Source: Pelagibacteraceae bacterium AG-349-E10
Lineage (GTDB): Bacteria; Pseudomonadota; Alphaproteobacteria; HIMB59
Assembly: GCA_003281065.1 (NCBI GenBank)
Contig: QCDA01000003.1
Coordinates: forward strand, 19,772 to 83,771
Direction: 5' to 3'
DNA: 64,000 nt
Part shown: positions 52,614 through 64,000 of the stretch, piece by piece
Numbering within the stretch: the first letter of the stretch is position 1
Layout of the letters: every line of letters starts with the position of its first letter
Notes under the pieces: model-generated
Told to the model about the DNA's origin: nothing
Seen by the model: only the letters and a program-made list of their open reading frames with translations
Databases searched by the model: none
Position numbers and translations under genes: made by a program

Positions 52614-53291
52614 TTGACAAATAAATTAAATCACGTTGCATTTATTATGGATGGGAATAATAGATGGTCCAAAAAAAATAAAACTAACAAGTATGATGGT
52701 TATAAAAAGGGCGCTAATACAATTATTAAATTGTCCAATTATATTTTTAACAATACTCACGCAAAATACGTATCTGCTTTTGCTTTATCTAAAAATAATT
52801 TAAGCAGATCTAGTAACTTAATATTAACTCTTAAGAAAATTCTTTTAGAATTTCTAAACAAAGTCATTGAAGATGAAATATCATTTCAATTTAATATAAG
52901 ATTTATTGGTAATAGAAATTTTTTGAGCGGTGAGATAAAGAAAAAAATTAATCAATTAGAAAAGCAAAAAAAAAATAATAAGAAAACTTTATTAATTTAT
53001 ATCAATTATAGTGGTAAGAATGATATTGAGCAGGCAGCTCTTAAATATCATCAAAATTTTAAAAATAGTAATATTAATAAATTAAATAATTATCTTTTGA
53101 CTTCTGGCATACCAGATCCAGATATACTTATAAGAACTGGTGGTTTTAATAGATTAAGTGATTTTTTAATATACCAGTCGTCATTCACAGAATTATTTTT
53201 TTTAAAAAAATTATGGCCAGATTTAAATAAAAATGATGTATCAAAAATTTTTGCAAAATATAATTTATTAGAGAGAAAATTTGGTCTCTAG
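52614..53291 (+). CDS. uppS: Undecaprenyl diphosphate synthase (divergent)
   Basis: HVAFIMDGNNRW, S..N..R, PDILIRTGG..RLS.F..YQ, LWPD, R.FG. Confidence 0.88.
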   Translation: MTNKLNHVAFIMDGNNRWSKKNKTNKYDGYKKGANTIIKLSNYIFNNTHAKYVSAFALSKNNLSRSSNLILTLKKILLEFLNKVIEDEISFQFNIRFIGNRNFLSGEIKKKINQLEKQKKNNKKTLLIYINYSGKNDIEQAALKYHQNFKNSNINKLNNYLLTSGIPDPDILIRTGGFNRLSDFLIYQSSFTELFFLKKLWPDLNKNDVSKIFAKYNLLERKFGL

Positions 53292-53997
53292 TTATATAAG
53301 TAGATTAGTTATAGGTTTAATTATAATAGCAGTAGTTTTATTTTTTTTTCTGACTAATCTTGATCTTTTATTTCTATTTTTATTGTTAACTCTAATAAGT
53401 TATGAATTTTTATATTTAAAAATTATAAACAAATTTATTTTATTTCTTTTTATTTTTTTAACTACAATATCTATTTTATTTGTTCCCTATGAATTATTTG
53501 AGAATATATTCATTTTACAGTTAATATGCTTATTTTGTATTTTTCTTTTTGGAAGATACAAAAAAGAGTTATTTGTCATCTCAATTTATTTTTTTTCTAT
53601 AATTCTTTTTTATTTAATTAACATAGATAGAAATTTTTTTTATCTATTATTTTTGATTTCATTTCTCAATGATACAATAGCTTATATATTTGGTAAATCT
53701 TTGCGTGGCCCTCTTATTATACCAAAAATTAGTCCTAACAAAACATGGTCTGGTACATCTATATCCTTTTTTTCCACTACTTTACTCTTAATTTTAATGA
53801 ATTTTAATATTCTCATATCCATGCTTGTTTCTATTTTATTATTTATTGGGGATATTTTCTTTTCTTACATTAAAAGATCTCTAAATATTAAAGACTTTTC
53901 ACCACTATTAGGTAGTCATGGAGGTATCCTTGATCGGTTGGATAGTATTTTTTTAATTTCTATATTTTTTCATATTAATTTATTTTATTTAGCGTGA
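53281..53997 (+). CDS. cdsA: Phosphatidate cytidylyltransferase
   Basis: DT.AY.FG, ISPNKTW.G, KR...IKD...LGSHGGILDRLDS. Confidence 0.92.
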   Translation: MVSSYISRLVIGLIIIAVVLFFFLTNLDLLFLFLLLTLISYEFLYLKIINKFILFLFIFLTTISILFVPYELFENIFILQLICLFCIFLFGRYKKELFVISIYFFSIILFYLINIDRNFFYLLFLISFLNDTIAYIFGKSLRGPLIIPKISPNKTWSGTSISFFSTTLLLILMNFNILISMLVSILLFIGDIFFSYIKRSLNIKDFSPLLGSHGGILDRLDSIFLISIFFHINLFYLA

Positions 53998-55085
53998 GTA
54001 TTAAGATAGTTATAGTTGGCTCTACTGGTAAACTTGGTACCATGCTTTTAAATTATACTTATAAAAATTCAATAAAAATTTATGGTATCACTTGCTACAA
54101 AAATAATAAAAAATTAGAAAATCAAAAAAAAAGATACAATATTAATAAATCATATGTCTTAAGTGATATTGATGATAGAAAAAATTTTTTTAATTTACTT
54201 GAAAAAAAAATAAATATTATATATTTCTTAGATTTTGGTAGTTATTCACTTACTTATATAAATCATTTTCTTAAATTTAATAAAAGATCAATCATCGCTG
54301 TCGCGAATAAAGAGATAATTATTGCTGGTGGCCATTTACTTCAACTTAAAATTAAAAAAACTAAAAATATTTTTATACCATTGGATTCCGAACATTTTTC
54401 TTTATTAAATTCAAATATAAATAAAGATAATGTAAGAAAAATATTTATTACAGCTTCTGGTGGCCCATTTTATTTTAATAAAAAAATAAATCTAAATAAC
54501 GTAAATTCTAAATTAGTATTATCCCACCCTAAGTGGAAGATGGGCAAAAATAACTTAATTGACTCATCAAATTTTGTTAATAAAATTTTAGAGATTTATG
54601 AACTTTCCTACATTTATAATATCCCTTTAAATAAAATTGATTTTCTTGTCTCCAGGGAGGCCTATATTCATAGTATTATTCATTACAATGATAATACTTT
54701 ATCATTTAATTGTTTTTTAAATGATATGATCATAACATTATCAAAACCTTTAAGTTTTTTTTATGAAATTAAACCAATGACAATGAATCAGAACTATTTT
54801 CATAATTATAATTTAAATATCGAAAAACCAATCGATAAAAGATTTTCAATATTTAATTACCGAAAACAATTATTCAAATTAAATCATTCTGAGCAAATAA
54901 GATTAATGATAATAAATAATTTCGCACATAAACTTTATTTATCTAACAAACTCCAATATAGTAATATAGTTAAATATATAATGAGTGAAATAAAAAGAAA
55001 TTCAATGACTGTAAATTTGAATACATTTAATTCAATTTTACGTTTTATATCTTCACTGAATAAAAAATACAAAACAAATGTTTAA
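53994..55085 (+). CDS. dxr: 1-deoxy-D-xylulose 5-phosphate reductoisomerase, strongly divergent
   Basis: GSTG, ANKE, P.DSEH, TASGGPF, HP.W.MG, NK..E..E; synteny after cdsA. Confidence 0.8.
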   Translation: MSIKIVIVGSTGKLGTMLLNYTYKNSIKIYGITCYKNNKKLENQKKRYNINKSYVLSDIDDRKNFFNLLEKKINIIYFLDFGSYSLTYINHFLKFNKRSIIAVANKEIIIAGGHLLQLKIKKTKNIFIPLDSEHFSLLNSNINKDNVRKIFITASGGPFYFNKKINLNNVNSKLVLSHPKWKMGKNNLIDSSNFVNKILEIYELSYIYNIPLNKIDFLVSREAYIHSIIHYNDNTLSFNCFLNDMIITLSKPLSFFYEIKPMTMNQNYFHNYNLNIEKPIDKRFSIFNYRKQLFKLNHSEQIRLMIINNFAHKLYLSNKLQYSNIVKYIMSEIKRNSMTVNLNTFNSILRFISSLNKKYKTNV

Positions 55086-57309
55086 AAATTTTTTTCTAGT
55101 AATTTTTTTTTATTTTATATCACAGAATTTATTTTCAAAGTCTGTTATTTTTGAGGGTTTATCCAAATTTTCTGTAGATGATATACAATCCATTACTTCT
55201 TTAGACATCTTTAGCGAAAATTTAGAAACTAATGATATTAATAAAATAATAAAAGAATTATCTTCATCTGATTTAATTTATGAGATTTCTTACAAGGAGA
55301 TTGATAATTTTTTTACTTTAACAATTAATGAAGCTGATATTATAGAAAATATATATATTAATAATAATGTTTGGGTCAGAGATGACTTAATTATTCAAAA
55401 TTTACTATCAAAAAATAATAGTTTTTTGACTAAAAATAATATTCAAAAAGATATTAAAATTTTAAAAAATATTTATAAATCAAAAGGCTTTAGAGATGTA
55501 TCTATAATCGCTAAAGTTGAAAAATATTCACTGGATAGAGTGAATCTTATATATGAGGTTGAAGAAAATAAACAACAAAAAATCAATATTATTAAATTTA
55601 TTGGTAATAACTTTTTTTCAAATAATTATTTAAATTCAAAAATTAACTCTCAAAGTATTAAATTTTATAATCTTTTTAAATCAGGAAGTAATTTGAATTT
55701 TTCAACTTTTGAATTTGATAAAAATAAAATAATTTCTCTTTATAGAGACGAGGGTTTTGTCGATGTAAAAGTTTCATATATACTTGAAAAGTCATCTTTA
55801 AATAACAACATACTTTATTTTTATATAAAAGAAGGCAAAAGGATTAAAATTCAAAATGTTGATTTTAAATATAAAGATGATGCAGCAGAAATATTAAATA
55901 AAATTTCATCAGAATTTACTAAAAAACTAAAAAATAATAATAACTATTATAGTAAGTCATTAATTGATGAATATCTTGATTTGTATAATACAAATTTGGT
56001 CTCAAATAATATTCATAACATATATATTGATAGCTTTGTCAATGACAACGATCAAGATTTAGATCTTACTTTCGAGACAATTAAAAAAGACCCAATAGTT
56101 ATAAATAAAATCAATATTAGTGGTAACTCAATAACAAAAAATCAAACAATCAGATCAAAATTATCTATAGAACCAGGAGAATATTTTAATAATTTTCTTT
56201 TGGAAAAATCTATAAAAAATCTCAAAAGGTATCCTTATATAAAAGATATAAACACGTCTACAAAGATAGATAGCCAGCTTGTCGATATAACTATAGATGT
56301 AGATGAAGAAACTAAAACTGGTAATATTCTTTTAGCTGGAACTTTTAATGCTGATACTGGAGCAGGTGTAAACTTTGGAATAGAGGATAAAAATATTTTT
56401 GGGTCTGGAAATAGTATAAATTCAAATTTTTCAGTTAATTCTGAGGATCTTAAATTTTCTTTAAATTTTAAACAGTATCCAATTTTAAATCCGGACCTCA
56501 CTAATACTTATACTATTTTCAATCAAGATAATGACTATACGGGTTCATTTGGCTATAAAGCATCAACAAGAGGAATAGGTTATAATATAAACTTCAAGCA
56601 AAATGAAAAATTAAGTTATGGTGCTGGTCTTAGTTATCAAGCTTTTAAAGGGCACTCTGCAATAAACAATACATCAACCTCTATCAATGACAATATTGGA
56701 AATTTTGATAATTATAAATTAAATCTTTCTGCCAAATATGACACTACAAATAATTATTTTTATCCTACTAATGGCCAATTAAATAAAATTAACTTTACTT
56801 TATCTCCAGAGAATATTTCAGATAATGCCTTTTATAAAGTTTCTATAACAAATAATAATTATCTTAAACTACCAAAATCCGAAAATTATATATTTTTAAA
56901 TAATAATTATGGTTATGCTGAGTCTTTGAATTCAAAATTAAAAACTATAGATGCATTTGGTCTTGGGGGATTAAATTTTAAAGGTTTTGATTACAAAGGA
57001 ATTGGTCCGTACGACGGTAATGTTTATTTAGGTGGTAACGAATATTTTACATCAACTATTGGATATGGTAGCTCATTTATTTTTGATGAAAAAGACAATA
57101 TAAATATAAAGTTTTTTCTCACAACAGGTTCTATTTGGAATAGCGACTATACAAACTCTTCAGATATAGATTTAAGAGCTTCATTAGGAACCTCTCTAGA
57201 TTTTATTACACCAATAGGGCCTTTATCATTCTCTTATGCTGAACCATTTGAGAAAAATAATTCTGATAAAACTAGATCTTTTAATTTTTCTATTGGCACT
57301 TCATTTTGA
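55078..57309 (+). CDS. bamA: Outer membrane protein assembly factor BamA
   Basis: POTRA-like repeats, FKGF (VRGF-equivalent), TPIGPL..SYA and terminal F. Confidence 0.9.
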   Translation: MFKNFFLVIFFYFISQNLFSKSVIFEGLSKFSVDDIQSITSLDIFSENLETNDINKIIKELSSSDLIYEISYKEIDNFFTLTINEADIIENIYINNNVWVRDDLIIQNLLSKNNSFLTKNNIQKDIKILKNIYKSKGFRDVSIIAKVEKYSLDRVNLIYEVEENKQQKINIIKFIGNNFFSNNYLNSKINSQSIKFYNLFKSGSNLNFSTFEFDKNKIISLYRDEGFVDVKVSYILEKSSLNNNILYFYIKEGKRIKIQNVDFKYKDDAAEILNKISSEFTKKLKNNNNYYSKSLIDEYLDLYNTNLVSNNIHNIYIDSFVNDNDQDLDLTFETIKKDPIVINKINISGNSITKNQTIRSKLSIEPGEYFNNFLLEKSIKNLKRYPYIKDINTSTKIDSQLVDITIDVDEETKTGNILLAGTFNADTGAGVNFGIEDKNIFGSGNSINSNFSVNSEDLKFSLNFKQYPILNPDLTNTYTIFNQDNDYTGSFGYKASTRGIGYNINFKQNEKLSYGAGLSYQAFKGHSAINNTSTSINDNIGNFDNYKLNLSAKYDTTNNYFYPTNGQLNKINFTLSPENISDNAFYKVSITNNNYLKLPKSENYIFLNNNYGYAESLNSKLKTIDAFGLGGLNFKGFDYKGIGPYDGNVYLGGNEYFTSTIGYGSSFIFDEKDNINIKFFLTTGSIWNSDYTNSSDIDLRASLGTSLDFITPIGPLSFSYAEPFEKNNSDKTRSFNFSIGTSF

Positions 57310-57320
57310 AAATTTAAATA

Positions 57321-58295
57321 ATGAATTTTATTAGATCAAATTTTTTTCCATATAAAAATAAATATGATTTGAAAAAATTGGCTGAATTATTAAAAAATGA
57401 GATCTTATATATTGAGTATTTAAAAAATTTTGAAATTAAAGACATTTCTTCCTTATCTAGTCTTAGAGATAATTCTCTTTTATTTTTGGAAACTAATTTA
57501 AAAATATCGCAAATTAACAAAAAAAATATTCATATCATTTCAAATATTGAAGAGAATAAAAATTATTATAAAAATGTTACAATTATTAAAAATTTAAATT
57601 ATTGTTACAACTTAATCTGTAATGAATTATTCTTTCATGAAGACCAATTAGGTTTTTTAGATGACTATGAATACTTAAATGGCTCTTTTATTTCAAAATT
57701 TTCAAAAATTAATAAATCTGCCGAAATTGGTAAAAATTGTATAATTTCTAGAGGTGTAGAAATTGGAAAAAATACAATTATAAAAAATAATGTTGTCATA
57801 AAAAACTCTTTACTTGGAAATAATATTATTGTCTGTGATAACACATCTATTGGCACTTCAGGTTTCGGTTTTGATTATAAAAAAAGAGGATCTTTACATT
57901 TAAACCCACAATTAGGAATAACAATTATTGATGATAATGTTCACATTGGCGCTTCTTGTACCATTGATAGGGGAAAAATAGACATCACATATATCGGTAA
58001 AAATTCAATGATTGATAATATGGTGCATATAGCTCATAACGTTATTATTGGTAAAAATGCATGTATAGCAGCACAAACAGGTATATCTGGAAGCGTTAAA
58101 ATAGGAGATAATGTTACTATTGGAGGGCAAGTAGGATTTGCAGGGCATATATCAATTGGTGAAAATGTAGTTGTTGCTGCTAAAAGTGGCGTTACAAAAA
58201 ATATAAAAGATAATTCAGTAGTTGCTGGTTTTCCTGCAATTGATATGAAAGAATGGAAAAAGGCTTTAATTAGGCAGAGAAAATATGGACATTAA
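57321..58295 (+). CDS. lpxD: UDP-3-O-acylglucosamine N-acyltransferase
   Basis: GFGF, IGA..TIDRG, IDN.VHIAHNV hexapeptide repeats. Confidence 0.92.
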   Translation: MNFIRSNFFPYKNKYDLKKLAELLKNEILYIEYLKNFEIKDISSLSSLRDNSLLFLETNLKISQINKKNIHIISNIEENKNYYKNVTIIKNLNYCYNLICNELFFHEDQLGFLDDYEYLNGSFISKFSKINKSAEIGKNCIISRGVEIGKNTIIKNNVVIKNSLLGNNIIVCDNTSIGTSGFGFDYKKRGSLHLNPQLGITIIDDNVHIGASCTIDRGKIDITYIGKNSMIDNMVHIAHNVIIGKNACIAAQTGISGSVKIGDNVTIGGQVGFAGHISIGENVVVAAKSGVTKNIKDNSVVAGFPAIDMKEWKKALIRQRKYGH

Positions 58296-58731
58296 TGAAA
58301 TTCAAAAAATATTACCTCATAGGTATCCTTTTCTACTTATTGATAAAATTATTGAATTTGAACCAGATATTTCTGCACATGCAATTAAATGTGTGACAAT
58401 TAATGAACCTTTTTTTCAAGGTCATTTTCCAGGAAGACCACTTATGCCTGGTGTTTTGGTTATTGAAGCAATAGTTCAGGCTGCATGTTTTACAGTTGCA
58501 ATGAAGCTCAAAGACTCAATGAAAAACCCTGGTGTTTCATTTATGACCATTGATAAATGTAAATTTAGAAAACCTATAGTACCTGGTGATGTTTTAAATT
58601 TAAAGGTTAATCGCTTAAATAAAGTTAAAAATGTTTACAAATTTGAAGGCAAATGCCTTGTAAATGATGTTATACATGCACAATGTATATTTTCAGCGAT
58701 GATACATGACGTCCCTGATTCATCCAAGTAG
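58285..58731 (+). CDS. fabZ: 3-hydroxyacyl-ACP dehydratase
   Basis: [27 protein letters not shown]. Confidence 0.96.
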   Translation: MDINEIQKILPHRYPFLLIDKIIEFEPDISAHAIKCVTINEPFFQGHFPGRPLMPGVLVIEAIVQAACFTVAMKLKDSMKNPGVSFMTIDKCKFRKPIVPGDVLNLKVNRLNKVKNVYKFEGKCLVNDVIHAQCIFSAMIHDVPDSSK

Positions 58732-59464
58732 CACAATTAGTGCCTCAGTTCTAATAGGTGAAAATGTTATAGTTGGTCCATATTGTAATATAGAGGGAAA
58801 TATTTCTATTGGTGATGGTACAGAATTAAAATCTCATGTATCAATAACTGGAAACACAACTATAGGAAATAATAATATTTTTTACCCATTTTCAAATATA
58901 GGATGTGATCCACAAGATTTAAAATACTCTGGAGAAGAAAGTTTTTTAAAAATTGGAAACTCTAATACTTTTAGAGAAAATGTTACTATTAGTAAAGGAA
59001 CTAAGGATGGAGGAATGACGACTAGCATAAAAGATAATAATCTTTTTATGACAGGTGTACATATCGCACATGACTGTAAAATTAATAATAATAACATATT
59101 TGTAAATCAAGTCACACTTGGCGGACATGTAAATATTCTTAACAATGTTGTTATAGGTGGATTGTCTGCGGTTATACAATTTGTAACAATAGGCTCTTAT
59201 TCAATGATAGGTGGAATGAGCGGAATAGATAAAAACGTATTACCATTTAGTTTAGCTATTGGTAATAGGGCAAAATTAAGAGGTTTAAATTTAGTTGGAA
59301 TAAGAAGAAATAATTTCAACAAAGATGAGATAAATAAAATTAACTCAATTCACGAAGGTTTTATTAATAAAAAAATAAACCTTTCACCTAGTGATAAAGT
59401 CGAAGGTATATTTCATGAATATAAATCAATTTTGAATGAAAAACTTGGCCATATTCAAAAATGA
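58706..59464 (+). CDS. lpxA: UDP-N-acetylglucosamine acyltransferase
   Basis: PQDLKY, HIAHDC, LGGHV, GLNLVG.RR. Confidence 0.93.
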   Translation: MTSLIHPSSTISASVLIGENVIVGPYCNIEGNISIGDGTELKSHVSITGNTTIGNNNIFYPFSNIGCDPQDLKYSGEESFLKIGNSNTFRENVTISKGTKDGGMTTSIKDNNLFMTGVHIAHDCKINNNNIFVNQVTLGGHVNILNNVVIGGLSAVIQFVTIGSYSMIGGMSGIDKNVLPFSLAIGNRAKLRGLNLVGIRRNNFNKDEINKINSIHEGFINKKINLSPSDKVEGIFHEYKSILNEKLGHIQK

Positions 59465-60260
59465 AATCTGCCTCATAGCTGGATCAGGTTCTTTTGTTTA
59501 CGAAGTTGCAAATTTTTTAGATAATAAAAATTTATTAAATCAAGTTATTTTAATTAATGAAAATAGTCTTATAAAAAAAAAATTTAAGGATAAATGTAAG
59601 TTTTTCAAAATTAAAGATATAGAAAAAATTACAACATTTATAAAGTCTAAAAAATTTAAGAAAATCATGATTATTGGATATGTTGAGCTTCCTTCTATTG
59701 ATAAGATTAATTTATCAATTAAATCTAAGCTTTTAATATCAAAGGATATTTTCCTTAATAATATTAATGATCAATCAAAAATTTTAAAAAGGTATTTATA
59801 TAACAATAAACTCACACTTCTCTCTCAAAAAAAAATATTAAAAAAAATGCTAGTTTCTTATCAAGATGAGTATCTTCACAATGAAAATAAAAAAAATATT
59901 AGTAAATTAAAAATTAAAAAAAGCTTTTTAAAAAAAATATTCTCTATGAATATAGCACAATCATTTATTTTAAATGGCGATAGAGTACTAGCTATGGAGG
60001 ATATATTTGGTACAAACGACATGATTAATAAAATTGGTAAAATAAGTACTAAATTCAATGACTTGATTTTTGTAAAATCTAAAAAATCAAATCAAATTGA
60101 TGAAATTGATTTTCCTATAATAGGCATGGAAACACTTAAGTTACTTATTAAATATAAATTTCGTGTAATTTGTTTATTCAATAATAATATTTTAATTTCG
60201 GAAAAAGATAATTTTTTAAAAAAAATACGAGCAAATAATATTTCTTTAATTGTATTATAA
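59436..60260 (+). CDS. lpxI: LpxI-family UDP-2,3-diacylglucosamine hydrolase (divergent)
   Basis: LIAGSG, Q......VLA.E..GT..M, K..K..Q....D.P.IG..T; lies between lpxA and lpxB. Confidence 0.75.
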   Translation: MKNLAIFKNEICLIAGSGSFVYEVANFLDNKNLLNQVILINENSLIKKKFKDKCKFFKIKDIEKITTFIKSKKFKKIMIIGYVELPSIDKINLSIKSKLLISKDIFLNNINDQSKILKRYLYNNKLTLLSQKKILKKMLVSYQDEYLHNENKKNISKLKIKKSFLKKIFSMNIAQSFILNGDRVLAMEDIFGTNDMINKIGKISTKFNDLIFVKSKKSNQIDEIDFPIIGMETLKLLIKYKFRVICLFNNNILISEKDNFLKKIRANNISLIVL

Positions 60261-60261
60261 G

Positions 60262-61347
60262 ATGAAGATTTTATTCATAACTCTTGAGCAATCTGGAAGG
60301 CAAATTGTTAAAACAATACTTGATGATAATTTTTTTAAAATTAATAAAAATCAAATATTTACTTTTGGTATAGATGAGGGCTTCTTAGAATTTAATGATT
60401 TAACAAATATTAAAATTAACCCTATTATGGGATTTGTAGATATTGTTCGCAATTTAAAATATCTTTTTAATCTCAGAATTAAAATTAAAGAAATTATTGA
60501 TACACATTTATTTACTCATATTTTTTTTGTAGATTCATTTGATTTTTCAAAATTTTACATTCAAAAATTTAAGTCTAATAACGTAAAATATTGTCAAATT
60601 ATTGGACCATCAGTTTTTATTTGGAAATCAAGCAAAGCAAAATTTATTAATAGGAATTTTGATAGGATTTTTTCAATATTTAGTATTGAAAAAAGTTATT
60701 ACAACTCAGATATCTACGATTATATTGGCCATCCATTAAAGAACAAAACTTATTACTCTAATAATAATAATGAAATCAGTAATATTGGTATTTTTTTGGG
60801 AAGTAGACAACAAGAAATATATAAAAATATTCTTATAATTAAGAAATTACTTTTAAATCTTAAAAAATATAAAGAACTTGTTTTTAATTTTTTTGTTACA
60901 AAAGAATATTATGAATTTATAAAAAACTACTTTAAAGATAACACTAATATACAAATACACTTGAATGATCACTCCTACTATAAAAAAATATCTAAACTAG
61001 ATTTTGCTTTTGCTTGTTCAGGCACTGTTCATTTAGAATTATGTTTTTCAAATATACCACACTTAATTTTTTATAAAGCGAATATTATAAATTATTCTAT
61101 CTTTAAATTGTTCGTTAGATCTAAATACTTATCATTAGTTAACATCTTTAATAAAAAAGAAATTGTAAAAGAGTTTATTCAAAATGATTTTACAGCTACT
61201 AACTTGTCAAATTTTTTCACAATTTTAAAATTTAATAAAGATAAGCTTTATAATTATCGAAAAAATATGTTTGATGGAATTAAAAGTTGCAATTTTGAGA
61301 ACTTTCGTTCAAGCATAATTACTGATTATTTAGAAAAGTCTTCTTAA
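60262..61347 (+). CDS. lpxB: Lipid-A-disaccharide synthase (divergent)
   Basis: E.SG, MGF, PSV..W, IGHPL, GSR..E, SGT..LE, E.IQ; start set at ATG 60262. Confidence 0.85.
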   Translation: MKILFITLEQSGRQIVKTILDDNFFKINKNQIFTFGIDEGFLEFNDLTNIKINPIMGFVDIVRNLKYLFNLRIKIKEIIDTHLFTHIFFVDSFDFSKFYIQKFKSNNVKYCQIIGPSVFIWKSSKAKFINRNFDRIFSIFSIEKSYYNSDIYDYIGHPLKNKTYYSNNNNEISNIGIFLGSRQQEIYKNILIIKKLLLNLKKYKELVFNFFVTKEYYEFIKNYFKDNTNIQIHLNDHSYYKKISKLDFAFACSGTVHLELCFSNIPHLIFYKANIINYSIFKLFVRSKYLSLVNIFNKKEIVKEFIQNDFTATNLSNFFTILKFNKDKLYNYRKNMFDGIKSCNFENFRSSIITDYLEKSS

Positions 61348-62674
61348 GCCATAATAAATTAAATATTGATTTTTTCTCTCTATCAGGCACTTTTTTATAG
61401 GACTTATCTTTATCTCCAGTAAATAACTGTCTGGGTCTTGTTATTTTAAATTCTTTATCTTCTATCATTTCTTTCCATTGTGATAGCCAGCCTACTGTTC
61501 TTCCAACTGCAAAAATTGGTGTAAACATTGTAGTAGGTATATTCAGCGCTTTTAAAAGAATTCCTGAGTAAAAATCAACATTTGGGTATAGATTTTTTTC
61601 TTTAAAATATGAGTCGTTTAAAGCTAACTCTTCAATTTCTTTAGCTATTTCGAGTTCTTTTGATTTAATTTTTAAATCCTTGAATAAGTCTTCTGTACTT
61701 TTCTTTAAAACTTTAGCTCTAGGGTCATAACTTTTATAAACTCTATGTCCAAAACCCATCAATCTTATTTTATTTTTTTTATTTTTTACCTCTTCTATAA
61801 AGTTTTTAGGTTTTAAATCATTTAAAACTATTTCATCAATCATATCTATTACAGCTTCATTTGCACCACCATGAGATTTTCCCCAAAGTGATGAAATACC
61901 AGCTGATAAGCAAGCATATGGGTTTGCTAGGGATGAGCCAGCAGTTCTTACAGTCGACGTTGAAGCATTTTGTTCATGATCAGCATGAAGAATGAAGATT
62001 TGATCCATTATTTTTGAAAAAAGAGGATTTATTTCATATTCTTTTGTTGGTGTTGCAAAGCACATATGTAAAAAATTATCTGCGTAATTAAGTTTATTAA
62101 CAGGATAAACAAAAGGTTGACCTACAGAGTATTTATAAGCCATTGCGGCTATGGTTGGCATCTTTGCTAAAATTCTATGAGACGCAATCATTCTATGTTC
62201 AGGATCTTCAATATTTAAAGAGTCATGATAAAATGATGATAAAGCACCAACAATTCCAATCATCATGGCCATAGGGTGTGCATCTCTTCTAAAACCTCTA
62301 TAAAATTGAATAATTTGTTCATTTAGCAATGTGTGGTTTTTAATTATTTCCTCAAATTCATTTTTATCACTCTCTGATGGCAACTCTCCATGCATAAGTA
62401 AATAACAAACTTCTAAATGGGAACTATTATTAGCAAGTTCCTCAATAGGATAACCTCTATATTGAAGAATACCTTTTTCGCCATCAATGTATGTTATTTT
62501 AGAGTTACAAGCTGCAGTTGATGTAAAACCAGGGTCATATGTAAATAAACCTGTCTTCTTATAAAGAGATGATATGTTAATTACATCTGGCCCAATAGAC
62601 CCTTTGATCCCATCGAATTCATACTCTTTACCAGTTTTAGTATCGACTAATTTAAATCGTTTTTCATCAATCAT
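61319..62674 (-). CDS. gltA: Citrate synthase (type II)
   Basis: [45 protein letters not shown]. Confidence 0.97.
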   Translation of the reverse strand: MIDEKRFKLVDTKTGKEYEFDGIKGSIGPDVINISSLYKKTGLFTYDPGFTSTAACNSKITYIDGEKGILQYRGYPIEELANNSSHLEVCYLLMHGELPSESDKNEFEEIIKNHTLLNEQIIQFYRGFRRDAHPMAMMIGIVGALSSFYHDSLNIEDPEHRMIASHRILAKMPTIAAMAYKYSVGQPFVYPVNKLNYADNFLHMCFATPTKEYEINPLFSKIMDQIFILHADHEQNASTSTVRTAGSSLANPYACLSAGISSLWGKSHGGANEAVIDMIDEIVLNDLKPKNFIEEVKNKKNKIRLMGFGHRVYKSYDPRAKVLKKSTEDLFKDLKIKSKELEIAKEIEELALNDSYFKEKNLYPNVDFYSGILLKALNIPTTMFTPIFAVGRTVGWLSQWKEMIEDKEFKITRPRQLFTGDKDKSYKKVPDREKKSIFNLLWLKKTFLNNQ

Positions 62675-63902
62675 ATAAGTATAATAATAACTTTTCTTTC
62701 ACTTTTTCAATACCAAAGAATAAAAAAATTTTTTCAATTGGTATTTTGGACTCAAAATTTACCGTAATTTTTCTAATAATCTTTCCTATTTTCTTAAGAG
62801 GTAAGTCATTTTTTTCAAGCATTAATAAAGCATTATCATTATCATGCAAACTATTAATAATTGAATAAATTCTTTTAATTAAATCTTTTTCATTTTCATC
62901 AATTTCAAGGGCAATGTTTTTTTCAAAAAAATTCAATAGTTTTGATACTTCTATATTTATATCAGTATATTTATTACATCTTTCTAATATATCTATGTAA
63001 ACAAGTTCCAACTTAAAATTAGATACTTTTTTTTCTATGTCCTTCTCTAAAAAATTTTTAAATTCTATAAAAGATAATTTATTTAGATAATGACGATTAA
63101 TAAAATCTAACTTTTCAATATCAAATTTAGCTGGTGATAAAACTGTTTTAGATAAATTAAAATTTTCAATTGCATCTTCAATGTCTAAATATTCAATATC
63201 ATTGAAATTATTACCTAATTTAATGATAAAATTAAATATGGAGTCAGATAGGTAACCTTTACTCAAATAATCATTTACATTAGTAATATTATTTCTTTTT
63301 GATAGCTTTTTGCCATTGATATCGTGTATTAGGGGTATATGAGCATATTTTATATCTTTAAAATTTAAAGCATCGGATATCATAATTTGTTTGATTGAAT
63401 TAGTAGTATGATCGTTTCCGCGAATGACATTAGTCACATTCTCTAAATTATCGTCAATTAAGTTTGATAATATAAAAGTTGGACTTTTGTCAGATCTTGC
63501 AATTGAAAAATCTTCTATAGTATTAGATGGGATTTTAATTTTCCCTAAAATTAAATCATCATACTCAAAAAATTCAGTATCTCTATTCACTCTGAACTTA
63601 TAAGGCCCATCCTTTGAATGATATGCCATATCATTTGATATGAGTTTTTCTAAATATTCTTGATGAATACTTAAATTTTTAGATTGATAACTAAGTTTGT
63701 CATATTGAAGTTTAAAAATATTAAATATCTTTAAGATTTCTTCTTCATAAACCTTTTTTGATCTCTCTTTATCTGTATCTTCTATTCTCAATAGAAAATT
63801 TCCTTTATTTTTTTTTGCAAATAAAAAATTGTAAATTGCAGTCCTCAAACTGCCCATGTGAAAATTTCCAGTAGGAGAGGGAGCAAATCTAGTTACAATC
63901 AT
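62667..63902 (-). CDS. gltX: Glutamate--tRNA ligase (compact form)
   Basis: [29 protein letters not shown]. Confidence 0.88.
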   Translation of the reverse strand: MIVTRFAPSPTGNFHMGSLRTAIYNFLFAKKNKGNFLLRIEDTDKERSKKVYEEEILKIFNIFKLQYDKLSYQSKNLSIHQEYLEKLISNDMAYHSKDGPYKFRVNRDTEFFEYDDLILGKIKIPSNTIEDFSIARSDKSPTFILSNLIDDNLENVTNVIRGNDHTTNSIKQIMISDALNFKDIKYAHIPLIHDINGKKLSKRNNITNVNDYLSKGYLSDSIFNFIIKLGNNFNDIEYLDIEDAIENFNLSKTVLSPAKFDIEKLDFINRHYLNKLSFIEFKNFLEKDIEKKVSNFKLELVYIDILERCNKYTDINIEVSKLLNFFEKNIALEIDENEKDLIKRIYSIINSLHDNDNALLMLEKNDLPLKKIGKIIRKITVNFESKIPIEKIFLFFGIEKVKEKLLLYLYD

Positions 63903-64000
63903 TAATATTTTCTGACTAAATTAATCATCTTACCCAATATTTTTATCCTATCTTTTCTATATTTAATTGATGAAAAATTTTTATGGTCGCCAAATATTTC

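Noticed and set aside
27064-60058. Many 60-155-aa antisense ORFs inside nuo, dnaE, pyrH, frr, bamA and lpx genes
   Set aside because: They lie almost wholly within conserved sense genes and show no motifs; expected shadow ORFs
61319-61347. Convergent overlap of lpxB and gltA 3' ends
   Set aside because: Short overlaps occur throughout this compact window and suggest nothing specific

Overview
Low-GC, densely packed chromosomal segment of a streamlined alphaproteobacterium. An HIMB59/AEGEAN-169-like marine lineage is my inference from gene order, AT richness and a canonical G-1:C73 tRNA-His. About 54 kb is core housekeeping DNA: suf tail, thrS-hisI, dusA-glnE, glnB-glnA, tRNA-His/Leu-tig-clpPX-lon-hupB-tRNA-Val/Asp, nuoA-N, birA-coaX-rnj-proS-lolCE/D-dnaE, rpsB-tsf-pyrH-frr-uppS-cdsA-dxr-bamA-lpxD-fabZ-lpxA-lpxI-lpxB, gltA and gltX. 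The only accessory region is about 9.7 kb inserted at tRNA-Asp, between hupB/tRNAs and nuoA, and it has two parts. (1) An apparently intact 5,807-bp satellite-like integrative element with a tyrosine integrase, an orphan ORF, an HTH excisionase-like gene, a TOPRIM primase, an AAA helicase and no packaging genes. It carries arm-type sites, a twice-repeated 36-bp dyad operator and an ori-like palindrome. (2) The stump of an older related element followed by a single 1107-aa gene: an Mrr-like nuclease and SF2 helicase fused to seven tandem ~60-aa repeats, with no methyltransferase. This gene is a candidate undescribed anti-phage system. All calls come from motif recognition by eye; no searches were run.
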